Source of the DNA: Selaginella moellendorffii
Lineage: Eukaryota > Plantae > Lycopodiophyta
Reading direction: 5' to 3'
NCBI RefSeq assembly: GCF_000143415.4
Contig: NW_003314279.1
Coordinates: 1,040,091 to 1,104,090 of the forward strand
DNA length: 64,000 bases
Shown in pieces: positions 9,898 through 21,490 of the stretch. The position numbers and the translations under genes are program-made. The notes beneath the pieces were generated by a model. The model was given only the letters and a program-made list of their open reading frames with translations. It did not search any database and was not told the origin of the DNA. Positions within the stretch are counted from its first letter, which is position 1; each line of letters begins with the position of its first letter.

Positions 9898-12363
9898 ATG
9901 AACGCGGCCGCCTATGCCCGGCTCATCAAATCCTACACCGTCTCTCGCGATCTCGTCCAGGGCAAGTGCGTCCACGCTCAGATCCTCCACTCCCATCTCG
10001 CCACCAACACCTTTCTCGCCAATCTCATCGTCGAGATGTATGGCAAATGTGGTAGCCTGGGCGATGCGCGAGCGGTTTTTCACTCCCTGCCCTCGCCCAA
10101 TCTCTTCTCCTGGAATATCGTCATCTCGGCGTGTGCCGCGAATGGGGATTTCTTCGAGGCTATGCGCCTCTTCCATGCCATGCCCGAAAAGACCCAAATC
10201 GCAGCCACTGTGATGATCCGTGTCTATACCGAGCTTGGTCACATACAAGAAGCAAGGTCTATTTTTGAGAATTTGCCACGGCGAGATCCAGTATCCTGGA
10301 CTTGCTTGCTTCAAGCATATGCCACACAGGGGCATCCAGTGCTGGCAAAACTCCTTTTTGACAAGATGCCCGAGTGGGATGTGGTGTCATCCACGGCCGC
10401 GATGGGCGCTTGCGTACACTGTGGCTTTTTGGGTGACGTAAAAGTTATGTTTGATCGTATGTCAAGACGCAATGTAGTCACTTGGACGACACTTATTTCA
10501 GCAAATGCCTCTATTGGGCATTTTCTGTATTTTGCGAGAGAAGCGTTTGATCGAATGCCTGAGAGGAACATCGTCACCTGGAACGCGATGATCGCCGGCT
10601 ATGGTGAAGCCGGTGAAGTGGCCGAGTCGTGGGGGCTCTTCGACTCCATGGCCGAGCAGAACGTTGTCTCCTGGAATACGATGATGGGCACTTATGCCCA
10701 GCACGGGCATCCACTGCGCGCTTGGCAGCTCTTCGATGGAATGCCGCAGCGCAACGTCGTCTCCTGGAATGGATTGATCTCCGCGCTCGGAATCACCGAT
10801 CTGGAGCTCATGGACCAGGCGTTTGATCGAATGCCCCACACGGATTCCATCTCGTGGAACACGGTGATGACCGTGCACGCCCAATCCGGGGACCTGGAGC
10901 GCGCCAAGGCGCTGTTTGATCGATCGCCCAGGAGAGATCTCGTGTCCTGGAACGGAATGATCGCGGCGTACGCGCAGCACAGCCAGATGGATCGAGCGAG
11001 AGTGGTGTTTGACATGATGGGCGATCGAAACACCACGTCCTGGAACACCATGGCCGAGGGCTACTGCCGGAGTGGATGTGTTCCGGAGGCGTGCTCGATC
11101 TTCCACGGCAGCCCACAGCGCGATCTCCTCTCCTGGACCGCGATGATGGTGGCGTTCGCGGAGAATGGGATCGTCGACGGCGTCAAGAGCCTCTTCGACC
11201 GGATCCCGCACAGGGACGCGGTGTGCTGCACGGCGATGCTGGACGCGCTGGCGGCGCAGGGGTGCGTGATCGAGGCGGAGGAGGTGTTTGCCTCGATGCG
11301 CGAGAGGGATGGAGCGGCTTGGAACGCGATGATCCAGGCCAATGTCGTCAACGCGCGCCTGGATCAAGCCAAGGAGCTCTTCGATCAGATGGACCACCGG
11401 TGCCGGATCTCCTGGGACACGCTGCTTCAGGGGCTTGTGGCCGATCGATCCGTGGAGTGCGCCAAGGATCTGTACGATCGGATGTCCCAGCACGGGGTCT
11501 CATCGTGGACGTCGATGATTCAAGCATTTGCCCAAAGAGGGCATTTCGAGAAAGCCAAGGATATCTTCACTCATATGCCACGGAGGGATGTCATTGTGTG
11601 GACGGCTTTGCTCGCCGCGTTCTCGCAGGAGGGAAAATTGCAGTTTGCTACAGAGGTTTTTGAGCGAATTCCACAGGCAAATCTCGTCTCTTGGGCTGCA
11701 ATCGTTGCAGCAAATGCCCAAAACGGGGATATTGGACACGCGAAAGAGCTGCTTGATTGCATGCCCGAAAGCACTGTCTCCGCCTGCAACATCCTTATCG
11801 GTTCATACGCGCAGCACGGCAGGTTGGCGGAGGCGAAAGCCCTCTTCGACTCAATGCAGGAAAGAGATACTGTCTCTTGGACCGCGCTCGCAACAGCAAA
11901 TGCCCACGCGGGGCATCATGCCGCTGTCCAGCTGCTCTTCGCATCGATGCTGCTCGACGGGATCAAGCCGGACGAGCTGACGTTCCTGTGCCTGCTCTCG
12001 TCGGTGGCCTACACGGGCATCGTAGACGAGGTCCGTGAGAGGTTCATGGCAATGGTGGTGGACAATTTCGTGGAGCCGACGCTGCAGCACTACTGCTGCC
12101 TCATCGCAGCGCTGGCGAGGGCGGGGAGGCTGTGCGATGCCGAGGAGCTCATTCACTCGATGCCGTTCATGCCCGAGCAAGTGGCGTGGATGACACTCTT
12201 GTCAGCGTCAAGAAACGACACTGATTTGGTGCGTGGGAGTCACGCAGCGCAGCATGTCATGAGGATCAAACCGCAAGACTCCGCATCGTATGTGTTGCTC
12301 TTCAACCTCTACAGTCATGGTCTAGCAAGCTCTGAAAATGTAGTAAAAGAGCGAATGAAATAG
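9898..12363 (+). CDS. PLS-class PPR protein with E domain, no DYW (PPR3)
   Basis: 821-aa ORF of ~31-aa repeats with C-terminal PDELTFLCLL...HYCCLIAALARAGRL...MPFMP...SASYVLLFNLYS. Confidence 0.93.
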   Translation: MNAAAYARLIKSYTVSRDLVQGKCVHAQILHSHLATNTFLANLIVEMYGKCGSLGDARAVFHSLPSPNLFSWNIVISACAANGDFFEAMRLFHAMPEKTQIAATVMIRVYTELGHIQEARSIFENLPRRDPVSWTCLLQAYATQGHPVLAKLLFDKMPEWDVVSSTAAMGACVHCGFLGDVKVMFDRMSRRNVVTWTTLISANASIGHFLYFAREAFDRMPERNIVTWNAMIAGYGEAGEVAESWGLFDSMAEQNVVSWNTMMGTYAQHGHPLRAWQLFDGMPQRNVVSWNGLISALGITDLELMDQAFDRMPHTDSISWNTVMTVHAQSGDLERAKALFDRSPRRDLVSWNGMIAAYAQHSQMDRARVVFDMMGDRNTTSWNTMAEGYCRSGCVPEACSIFHGSPQRDLLSWTAMMVAFAENGIVDGVKSLFDRIPHRDAVCCTAMLDALAAQGCVIEAEEVFASMRERDGAAWNAMIQANVVNARLDQAKELFDQMDHRCRISWDTLLQGLVADRSVECAKDLYDRMSQHGVSSWTSMIQAFAQRGHFEKAKDIFTHMPRRDVIVWTALLAAFSQEGKLQFATEVFERIPQANLVSWAAIVAANAQNGDIGHAKELLDCMPESTVSACNILIGSYAQHGRLAEAKALFDSMQERDTVSWTALATANAHAGHHAAVQLLFASMLLDGIKPDELTFLCLLSSVAYTGIVDEVRERFMAMVVDNFVEPTLQHYCCLIAALARAGRLCDAEELIHSMPFMPEQVAWMTLLSASRNDTDLVRGSHAAQHVMRIKPQDSASYVLLFNLYSHGLASSENVVKERMK

Positions 12364-12390
12364 AGTCTTTGTTCAGGTAATAAAATTTTA

Positions 12391-12430
12391 CGCCGTTGCC
12401 AGGGATCGAACCCGGGGCGTCCGCTTGACA
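12391..12430 (-). pseudogene. tRNA-Asp(GTC) remnant, 3' half
   Basis: Minus strand reads TGTCAAGCGGACGCCCCGGGTTCGATCCCTGGCAACGGCG (anticodon, T arm, 3' acceptor strand), then a T run. The D arm is missing. Confidence 0.8.
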
Positions 12431-12637
12431 CCATATAATCTTGATTAGGTTAAACTAATCTAGAGACGCGTGTTTGTATCCGTCTCCTTTGCGATGAGCC
12501 TCTTGCTGGTTAAAACTAATCTAGGTTCACGGAACAGAATGTTTATAAGGCCGAGACGCATGTTTGTATCCCGTCTCCTTTGCTTTCATTTGGATCATCT
12601 CTTTTGCGTCCCAGCACTCACAGCACCAAAAGAGGCA

Positions 12638-13065
12638 ATGAATGACGAGCAAGCAATGGATGAGCATGAGCTTTTGCTTCATTTGCAGTTGTGTAGGGAT
12701 CTATGGGCAGCTGAGGTGCTCCATGCCTGTGCTCGATCGATTGCCTGCTCTGAGGATACATTCCTCCTCAACTATGTCATTTAGATCTATAGCAACTACG
12801 GCGCTGCATACCATACATAGCTCGTTTTTTATGCCATCGAGCCCAAGGATTCCTTCTCCTAGGATTTCATGTTCATTGCCTACACACACAGCTCCTAGTT
12901 ATGAGATGCTAAGGCTTTGTTCAATGCGATGCCTAGGTGGAATCTTGTTATCTAGAATGTTATGGTGTGCTTGTATGCCCAGACTAGGCATTTGGAAGGC
13001 ACTTATGTTATCAATGGCCACACAAAAAAGGCTAAACAACTGTTTGATTCTATGCCTTACAGAAC
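12638..13065 (+). pseudogene. PPR pseudogene fragment, copy a
   Basis: ...DTFLLNYVI*IYSNYG...AKALFNAMPRWNLV..., with several stops. Confidence 0.75.
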
Positions 13066-13939
13066 CTAATGGAGCAGCCAACTCTAAATGCAATTGAATC
13101 ATCCCATTATCTAGATCTATACTACAGCTTTTTATAAAATTTATGAATACATATGTATTTTAATATATAGATATAGTGACCACTTTATAGGTTTCTTTAG
13201 TTATGGAATAATTTTCATCTAGGGCATTGTGGTTGTTTCAATACGGTTCTCTTACTGGTGCCCCAAAAGCACTTTTGTAACAATTTATACAATATATAAA
13301 CCTTTAGTTTTAACTGTATTGAAAATGATATAAATATTTATCTTTACAACTACTAAAGATGTGATTAGTTTCTCTGCCAAAACTACAATATGAATTTCAA
13401 TATGTAATATTGTAGTTGTATTAGTATCTTTTGTAATATCTTGTAAAACAACCACATATGCTAAAACCACATTGAAAGTTATATAAATATTTATCATAAA
13501 TTTTACTAAAGTTTCAAATGGTTTCTCTAGCAAAACAATGGTCTAATTAAAAAGTAATTTGCTATCAATCACAAATTAAAGTTACCCATTTTTTGCAAAT
13601 TTTTACTAGTTTAGAAAATATATAGAACTTGAAAGTAATATCTCATTCTTGCTTTGTCATTTATGTTCATTAAATTATTTGACATATAATTCCACCTCCT
13701 CTTTCGATATAGTTTTTTTCTTAATCTTTATAGTTTTTTGCAAATTCACATTTATTACATATAACAAGTTTATGAAAATATTGAAGTATCTCAAGAGTAG
13801 TGGTGTATTCACTTTTGCCATTGCAACTCTCATTAGATTTATTGTCATACTTAATACAAAAATTTAACCAATAAATATCCTTTTACACTTGAAAACCATT
13901 ACAGAAATTATATAGTTTTAATTTAGAAAGTTTGCCAAA

Positions 13940-14320
13940 GCACTCCACGCCTGCACTCAATCAATCGCCCGCCCTGATGATACATTCTTCCTCAACCATG
14001 TCATCCAGATCTATGACAATTATAGTGCTGCCTACCATGCACAGCTTATCTTCGATGTCATCGAGCCCAAGGATTCCTTCTCCTGGGATTTTATGCTCAT
14101 TGTCTACACATGTAACTCCCAGTTGCGAGAGGCCAAGGCCTTTTTTGATGCAATGCCCAGATGGAATTTTGTTGCCTGGAACGTTATGTTGTGCCTATAT
14201 GCCCAGACTAGGCATTTAAGATTCCACCTAAATGAACCTCTTTGATGGGATACAAAGCTACAACATTGTATTGTTAAATGCCTTGATGTTTATTTATGCT
14301 ATCAATGGCCACACGAGCTA
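13940..14320 (+). pseudogene. PPR pseudogene fragment, copy b; part of a ~1.25 kb tandem duplication (about 12720-13930 versus 13940-15220)
   Basis: GATACATTC.TCCTCAAC.ATGTCAT and TCGAGCCCAAGGATTCCTTCTCCT match copy a, and the downstream AT-rich spacer is also duplicated. Confidence 0.75.
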
Positions 14321-16901
14321 ATGGGGCAACCAACTCCAAATGCAATTGGATCCAACTATCTAAATCTATACTACAGGTTTTTATAAAGTTTGTGGATGCA
14401 TATATATCATAATATTGGGATAAGGAAGTTAGATATACCCTTATGGAGGATAAATTGCTTATGTTGCGATATAGTAAGTTAATGTCGAAAGGGGAATGCT
14501 CATTGGTATATAGATATAGTGACTACTTTATAGATTTCTTTATGGCATTCAATACCTTTTGTAACAATGTATACAATATATAAACCTTAAATTGTATTGA
14601 AAATAATATAAATATTTACCTCTAAAACTACTAAAGATGTGGTTAGTTTCTTTGCCACAACTATAATATAAATTTTAATATGTAATATTGTAATTATATT
14701 AGTGTATTTTGTAATAGCTTATAAAAAACACATATATTAAAATTATATTGAAAGTTAAATAAATATTTATCACAAATTTTACTGTGATTTGTTTAGTAAG
14801 AGAATAACCTCATTAAAGTGTAATTCCTTATCAATTACAAATTGAAATTATTTATTTATTTCAAAATTTATTAATTTAGAAAATAAATGGAATTTGAAAG
14901 TAATATTTCATTCTTCTTTTTTTATTTGCACATAAATTCATATATTTGTTAAATTGTTTTAGCACATAATTCTACCACTCCTTTAATATAGTTTTTTTTA
15001 TATATAATTTTCATAGTTTCTTGCAAATTCACATGTATTACATATATAGTAAGTTCTTTAAAATATTGAAGTATCTCAAGAGTGGTGGTGTATTCACTCT
15101 TACATTGTGACTTTGATTAAATTTGTCATTATACTTCATAATATTAATACAATACTTTAGCCAATAAATATTCTCCTACACTTGAAAATCATTAGAAAAA
15201 TTATACAGTTTAATTTAAAAAGTTCATACCAATGAATGAAATTGTCAAATTGTAAGATGAAAGCAGCCATTTTGCTAAGGAATGGCATGTGCAAACCATT
15301 TAATGACTTTGATTTAACAAGTATATTATAGTGAATCTTTAGAATCTTATAAGGATGTTTTTTGTGCTGTTTTTTGTTTATTTGCAATACAAAAATTACC
15401 TATGCAAAACAAAAACCATACATAATTTCTTAGTTGATTACTTAAAAAAATAAAATATTAGATTTCTTAATTCTCAAATCCTAAAATGTGTGAAACTACA
15501 TCATGGTGTAAGCCACAATTTTTCCTTTCCAATATGCTGACTTACTTCATCTATCTGATTACCATTACCTTAGTTTTAGTTAAATTCCCTTGCTAAGGTT
15601 CTCACTTATTGTATTATCTCCTACTTGGTTTTATTTGGTTTCAACTACTCACTATATGAGCAATGAAGTGTTAAACATCCATCCATGAATTCCCAAATTC
15701 TCTTCTAATCCCCTTCCTCGGATTAGAATAAACTTAAGGTTCAACTACGCTCCTCGCAAGTACAAGTAGCTAAACAAATCAAACTTTCAAATTTTTAACA
15801 TCCTTTAGTATAACAAAACTTGATCATAGAACCCTCTAAATCCCAAGTTTTGAGTGCATATCTTACTTTGGGACCCCAGAGGAAACATTGTGGCCTAACT
15901 GTCCAATATGGGTATTCTTACTTCCCCACCTCCATCTTAAAGGGAAGGCCTAAACCTGTAAGAAGGAATGAGGACTAATAAGTTATACGGTCTCAAGTGC
16001 ACATGATCTAGGAGCATTATAATTGGTTTCCCTTTTAGGAGTGGGAGTTGCTCTTAAACACTTCTTTATGTGGCCTCTTTCACACCATCTGAGTCCATAC
16101 TTACTCCCATCTAAGACCCCTAACCCCCAACTTCAACCTCAAGTTAATTTGAAAGCACAACACTAGAGAATTCCTTCAAAACTGGTTTTTAAACATCACT
16201 ATCCCTACTATACTTTTGGAACCCTCTACAACCTGCCCCCCTCCCCCCCCCTTCCCAAAGAGATGTAACACATATGGTTTTTACCCTTTATCCTATGGTG
16301 ATTTACCATAAGATAACACCACGAAGTAGAATTTAAACCCTCCATATGCCACATATTATATGCCATGTGTCCAAAGGACAATGGTGTGGAACCTGAGGTT
16401 CAAAGCCTTGAGCCACTGAACGAAGAAACGGTGCTAAACTCCCAAACATAGAGCCAAAGAGTGATGAAATTGAACCATAGAGCAACTTCTGAGCATATAA
16501 ACCAAGGAGCAAAGGGACAAAAGCTCAGAGTGACTTAGAATACTCCTAGAGCAACCAGCATCCCAATGCCAGGATCAGCATGCAAAACGGTGCCAAATGG
16601 AGTCTAGCATTATTTCGGCATACCGGTGGCCTAACGCAAGGATATGGGTACTCCACCAGCTAGCATGGTGTGAATGTGAGACACAAAATCCCTAGGCCCC
16701 AAAGTAGAGCCGGAAAGGGTGCCACGTGGTAGTGGCTGAAGCGAGAGCCAAACGAGCGTAACACGTTTGGACCAAAAGCTCCGACTTGAAAAGTCAAGAG
16801 CGGGAGTTGAACTCCCAAAGAAGGGCTCGAGGAACGAGCACGAAGCGAGCAAAAAGCGAGGCTCCAAAAAGGGACCCAAAAGGACCAACACATGACACGT
16901 G

Positions 16902-17337
16902 GGAGTGTCCGAGATGGACTCGAGTTGGAGTCCGAAGTGGAGTCCGAGATGGACCCGAGTTGGAGTCCAAAGTGGAGTCCGAGATGGACTCGAGTTGGAG
17001 TCCGAAGTGGAGTCCGAGATGGACCCGAGTTGGAGTCCGAAGTGGAGTCCAAGATGGACCCGAGTTGAAGTCCGAAATGGAGTCCGAGATGGACCCGAGA
17101 TGGAGTCCGAGATGGAGTCCGAAGTGGAGTCCGAGGTGGACCCGAGATGGACCCGAGATGGAGTCTGAGATGGAGTCCGAGGTGGACCCGAGATGGACCC
17201 GAAATGGAGTTCGAGATGGAGTCCGAGATGGACCCGAGATGGAGTCCGAGATGGAGTCCGAGATGGACCCGAGATGGACCCGAGATGGAGTCCGAGATGG
17301 AGTCCGAGATGGAGTCCGAAGTCGAGACCGAGACCGG

Positions 17338-17369
<32 letters not shown>

Positions 17370-17486
17370 TCGGGACTGAGACCGAGACCGAGGTCGAGGC
17401 CGAGACCGAGCCCGAGCCCGAGTCCGAGTCCGAATCCGAGTCCGAGTCCGAGTCCGAGTCCGAGTCCGAGTCCGAGTCCGGAGCCT
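16902..17486 (+). repeat. Hexamer/12-mer satellite within family A LTRs (GAGATG-GAGTCC, GAGACC, GAGTCC); also about 22762-23366, 28637-29275, 34541-34990 and 45242-45750
   Basis: Directly visible arrays whose copy number differs between LTRs. Confidence 0.95.
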
Positions 17487-20400
17487 GAGAGGGTGAAAGC
17501 CCAAAGCGTTCGTCTCCCAGACCCTGGGGGGTTTGGTGAGCTCCAAAAGTATAGTAAGGGGGAGGACTGCAGTGGAGCCAATTTGGCCAGGAAAGGCCAG
17601 TTTGGCCCAGGAAGGCCAGACCCAGTGTTGGGTGATGAACTGACCACTGGGAAGTCCAAGACTAGAGTGAATACGGACCGACAAGCGGGGTAGCTTGGTG
17701 AAGTGTTCAAGAGCCGGCTCTAGTTCCCCCGGGAGATCGACTGGCCGATGCTCCCAATCCAAGTGTGGGTGGCACTACCTACTTGGATACCAGGCGTGGC
17801 TCAACGGAACCTCGCTCTAAGCCCATGGCTAGAGCACCTAAAGGCGAAAGGCGGGGAGAGTACCCAGGTGGCTCACGTAAGGCCACGGTGTTCCGAAATG
17901 TTGTCCCAAAAGCCTAGACTGTGGAAAGGAAGAGGAGCAGTCCTCTGGGGTAGTGACCAAGGACACAGTCGTGTGGTGAGGAAGTCCCAGAGGACCATGG
18001 GACTTAGTGGTCGGGCCTGTGGGCCTCGATCCAGTGGCAGTGTTGGTAAACACGACCAGGGGCAGAAAGGGACTTGGTAGGAACTGACAAAGGGACTTTG
18101 GGGAAGGCGATTCCCCAGGTCTGTGGGCATCCTAAGGATGCTAAGGAGCGGATCTAGGATGACCACTCGTGAAAAGATGGCCCAGTCTTGGAGAGACGGG
18201 ATGGTGATGCAAGTGGTATTGGACCACTAGTGCAGCAAAGGTGAATGGGCATGGCCTTAGCGTAACGGGCCGAGATGTCAGTGGTACCTTCGGGTGTCGG
18301 TCTTCGGATCGGACACATGGAGCACTTGGACCAGGTGCAAGTGTTGAGTGGCATGGATGCCATTCTTGGGGCTAACAAGTCCCAAGTCCTGAATTGGACT
18401 AATGGAGGTTGTGAATGAAACTCCTCCAAATGGTCGAAGGTGTGGTTAAGTGACTAAAGTAGAATGGAAAATTTAGTCTCTTACAATTTGGTATCGGAGC
18501 TGTTCCTTAGTCCGACTTTTATTGGTGCTCAAGTGTATCACCACTAGTGTTGGCATCGGAAGGTCCGAGGAGTGGGCCTATCCTTGAGGAGTAGCAAGTC
18601 GGGAAGACATGGCTCTCCATTACAGTTCATGTGTGAATTTGTAGACGAGGTGGTGGATAGAAAAGGGCCAATAATGGAACGACTTTGGGATCTTGGGAAC
18701 AGTGCAAGGTTTTCCTCATTGAGTTGAGGATGTGATCCGGATGAGCATTTGTCTCAGCAAATTGGCTTAGGTTGTTGTGGTAAACAACTAAAGTTGGGAT
18801 CACGGGAAAGATAGAGACTCCAAAACAATAAAGGAGTCACAAGATTATCCTCATATAGTTGAGGTTGGTGCTCATGAATGTGAGACCAAAGGTAATGACC
18901 GTGGAAGGTCAAATACGGAAGAGGACTCAAGTCCTTGAAATGGTAGTCGGGGCTACCTCTAATAAATGCTGGAACAACCCAAGGAGTTGGGGGTGTATTA
19001 AGTGGATGAGTTGGTATTCTCATCACATGGACAAGTAGTCCTAAGGGGCAAAGGTTGCCCCCAGAGAACAAAATCAAGTGTCGGAGTAACGCTTGTGAAA
19101 ATAGTCCTTTTGAGTAGGACCGGAATGCAAGATGTGTATTCCAGTGAGCTAGTGCCTCACAAGTAGGACCTTACGGGTCGGTGGATTAACCAAGTCCAAA
19201 ACTGCTAGACGACTCAAGTAGAGTCAAGGGAAGGTCCTAAAAAGGACTGAATGAAGCATTTGGACTGAGGTGCGTTGTACCCCACAAAGGATGGGGGGGG
19301 ATCATAGGATCCAAGGATGAGAACAGAGAGTATCTCATCGATGGCAAAATGTGCCATGCTAAAGTTATGGGAAAGGTGTTCCCAGAAGAAAACAACTTTG
19401 ACATAAAGTTGTGTGTGACCTCTATGGGGCAGTGCTAATGGTTGGCATAAGAAAGAGCGGTGTTGGTCTTGGCAAAGACTTAGACACGAAGGGGAAATGT
19501 CATAGAGGTAGGCTCGTGGAGCCGATGGTGTGGAGACACCAAATGTGCCAAGGTGTGGTACCTTGAGGCTATGTTGGTGGGTTCATGAGAACCCCTTGCC
19601 AAAGGAATCCCAATGGAAATGGGAATGGCATAGCCTAAGCTGCAGAGCATGCAGTTGGAGTGTGGTGACCCAGATAGTGATGGAGGTGTGAAAGCACCAA
19701 ACAATGAGTTGTAGGACTTGACAACTATGAGGCAACTAAGCAAGAGGTGCAAAATAACTGGTTAAACGGGTAGAAGGTAGCTACCCAAGACTTCTAGTAT
19801 AGGGAAGTCGGATATACCCTTACGGGGGATAAGTTGCTTATGTTGCGATATAGTAAGTCAATGTCATAAAAGGAAATACTCATTGTCAAGAAAGCCATCA
19901 TTGGGACACCCGAACACTCTAGAACACCAGAAGGTGGTGTTTGATGTCGCGAGGGCAAGGGATAAAGCCCAAGGGACTAAGTCCCTAGCGAATGATGGAT
20001 AGAAGGTGCTATCCAAATGTCCAAGGTTGCAGAGACAGGAGAGGATTGTCTACCCGAGTTGGACAAAGCCAAAAATGGAATTTTGGCAAGGCTAGTGATG
20101 GGCATGTAAAAGCCCATAAGCAACAATGTAATCCCAGTGTGTGGGATTATAAGGTGAGCATACCCGGATTGAGGAACCACTCCCTAGGCTATGGGGTAGG
20201 TTCATCCCTAAGAATACTTGCTAAAGCGTGATAGAAAGTGCAAAGCTATCCTCCTGGTCTGGAGGAGAATGACCAAAGGAAAGGTGTGAAGCCAAAAAGC
20301 AAGAAGTAAGGGGATAGAATCGTACCGTAGGAATCAAAGGGCATAACCAAGGTTGGTTATGCCAGCTGGGAGTGGAGAATCAAGTGGGGGCTCGAGGGTG

Positions 20401-20962
20401 TTGCCACTAGCAACCGTGATGCCATGGAGAGTCTAAAATATGGAATTATCCATGTTAGACTATGTGGCATTTTGAAGGCTTGCAAAAAGGGAGGCCTTAG
20501 CAAGCTGAGGGACAGAGTTCCTTCAAGGTTCCCAAAGATGATTCTAGGTAGCTTAGTACCTAGAAAGGCCAAGTGTAAATGGTTCATGGAACGCGCGAAA
20601 TCAGAGTGGCGCAGCAGAAGCGTGGTCTTGAAGCTTGCCATGAGGCAAGGCTATCAAGGTTAGGGAAGTAGTTCCCGAGTGTTCAAAGAGAGGGCTTTGA
20701 ACGAAAGTCGATGGTCAAGGACTTTCACGCTTATGCAGGAACCATGTTACAGTGGTCAGAGGACTTGCCAAGCGAGATTGGCACGTCGGGGGAACAAATA
20801 CCCTAGTTGAAGGTGATAACTTCAAAAAGGGTGGGCCATGGGGCCGAGCATGGAGGAGTCCATGCATGATCACAGACATGTCAAGTGAGAGGACTTGGCA
20901 GTGTGGAGGAACTAGGTTCCTAAGCTGTGATCTGTAGCGCGCTTTAAAAATAGGTTGGTGCA

Positions 20963-21490
20963 CCGGCGTGGGGAGTCACGCCAGGCATCTAGTGTGATGC
21001 CGTCCGTAGATGCATATACGGAGGTTGGGTTCGAGTCCCGACCCTCTAGTGCTTGGGTTCGAGTCCCAAATCACTAGGGCGTGGTGATGGTTTGGAATAT
21101 GAGGACACTCATATTTCGGTGGTCATGGACTCTCAGTGGGGAGACTGGTTTGGGCACACCGCCAAGCGAGGGATGCCTCGGAGTCGTGATGCACGGTTAG
21201 ATTGCTTAGTGTGAAAGCTCGGCATATCTAACTTGAACGCTTTGGTGCAAGTGGCACCAAGGTCGTGGTGAGTGAGATGGGGACACCTAATCTCAGTTGC
21301 TATGAACCCTTGGCCGTAAGGGCTAGCTTGGGTGCACCGCCAAGTGTGGGGGATGCCCCCGGGGTTATAGTCAACAACTTGGAGGTCTAGAAGACCAAGT
21401 ACCTCTTGGCAACTCTATTAAGGTGCCAAGGTGAGATCACTAGGTGATCTTATGGCCAGATAAGGACGAAATCCTTGGTTGGCTAAGGAA
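20963..21490 (+). ncRNA. Candidate structured RNA module in element A1 (mirror copy about 30545-31072 on the minus strand in A2)
   Basis: A run of hairpins, two GGGTTCGAGTCCC T-loop motifs (21027, 21055), and a duplicated unit of a GACA-loop hairpin plus a multibranch domain. Homologous to 54385-54640. Confidence 0.55.

Noticed and set aside
7667-11663. Long antisense and off-frame ORFs over the PPR genes
   Set aside because: They are shadow ORFs of GC-rich coding sequence.
16902-17486. CRISPR-like appearance of the repeat arrays
   Set aside because: There are no unique spacers and no cas genes, and the context is a eukaryotic LTR.
17481-17512. GAGCC...GTGAAAG...GTTC resembling group II intron domain V
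   Set aside because: The lower stem does not pair, and GAGCC is absent from the homologous motif in B and C.
16631-17762. Long ORFs of SD/RT/GL/SP dipeptide repeats here and in the other A and B LTRs
   Set aside because: They are by-products of stop-free hexamer arrays, open in most frames on both strands, and are not credible proteins.
21027-21067. GGTTCGAGTCCC motifs as tRNA genes or Cassandra-type 5S RNA
   Set aside because: No cloverleaf, clear A box or 5S similarity was found; reported instead as part of a structured module.
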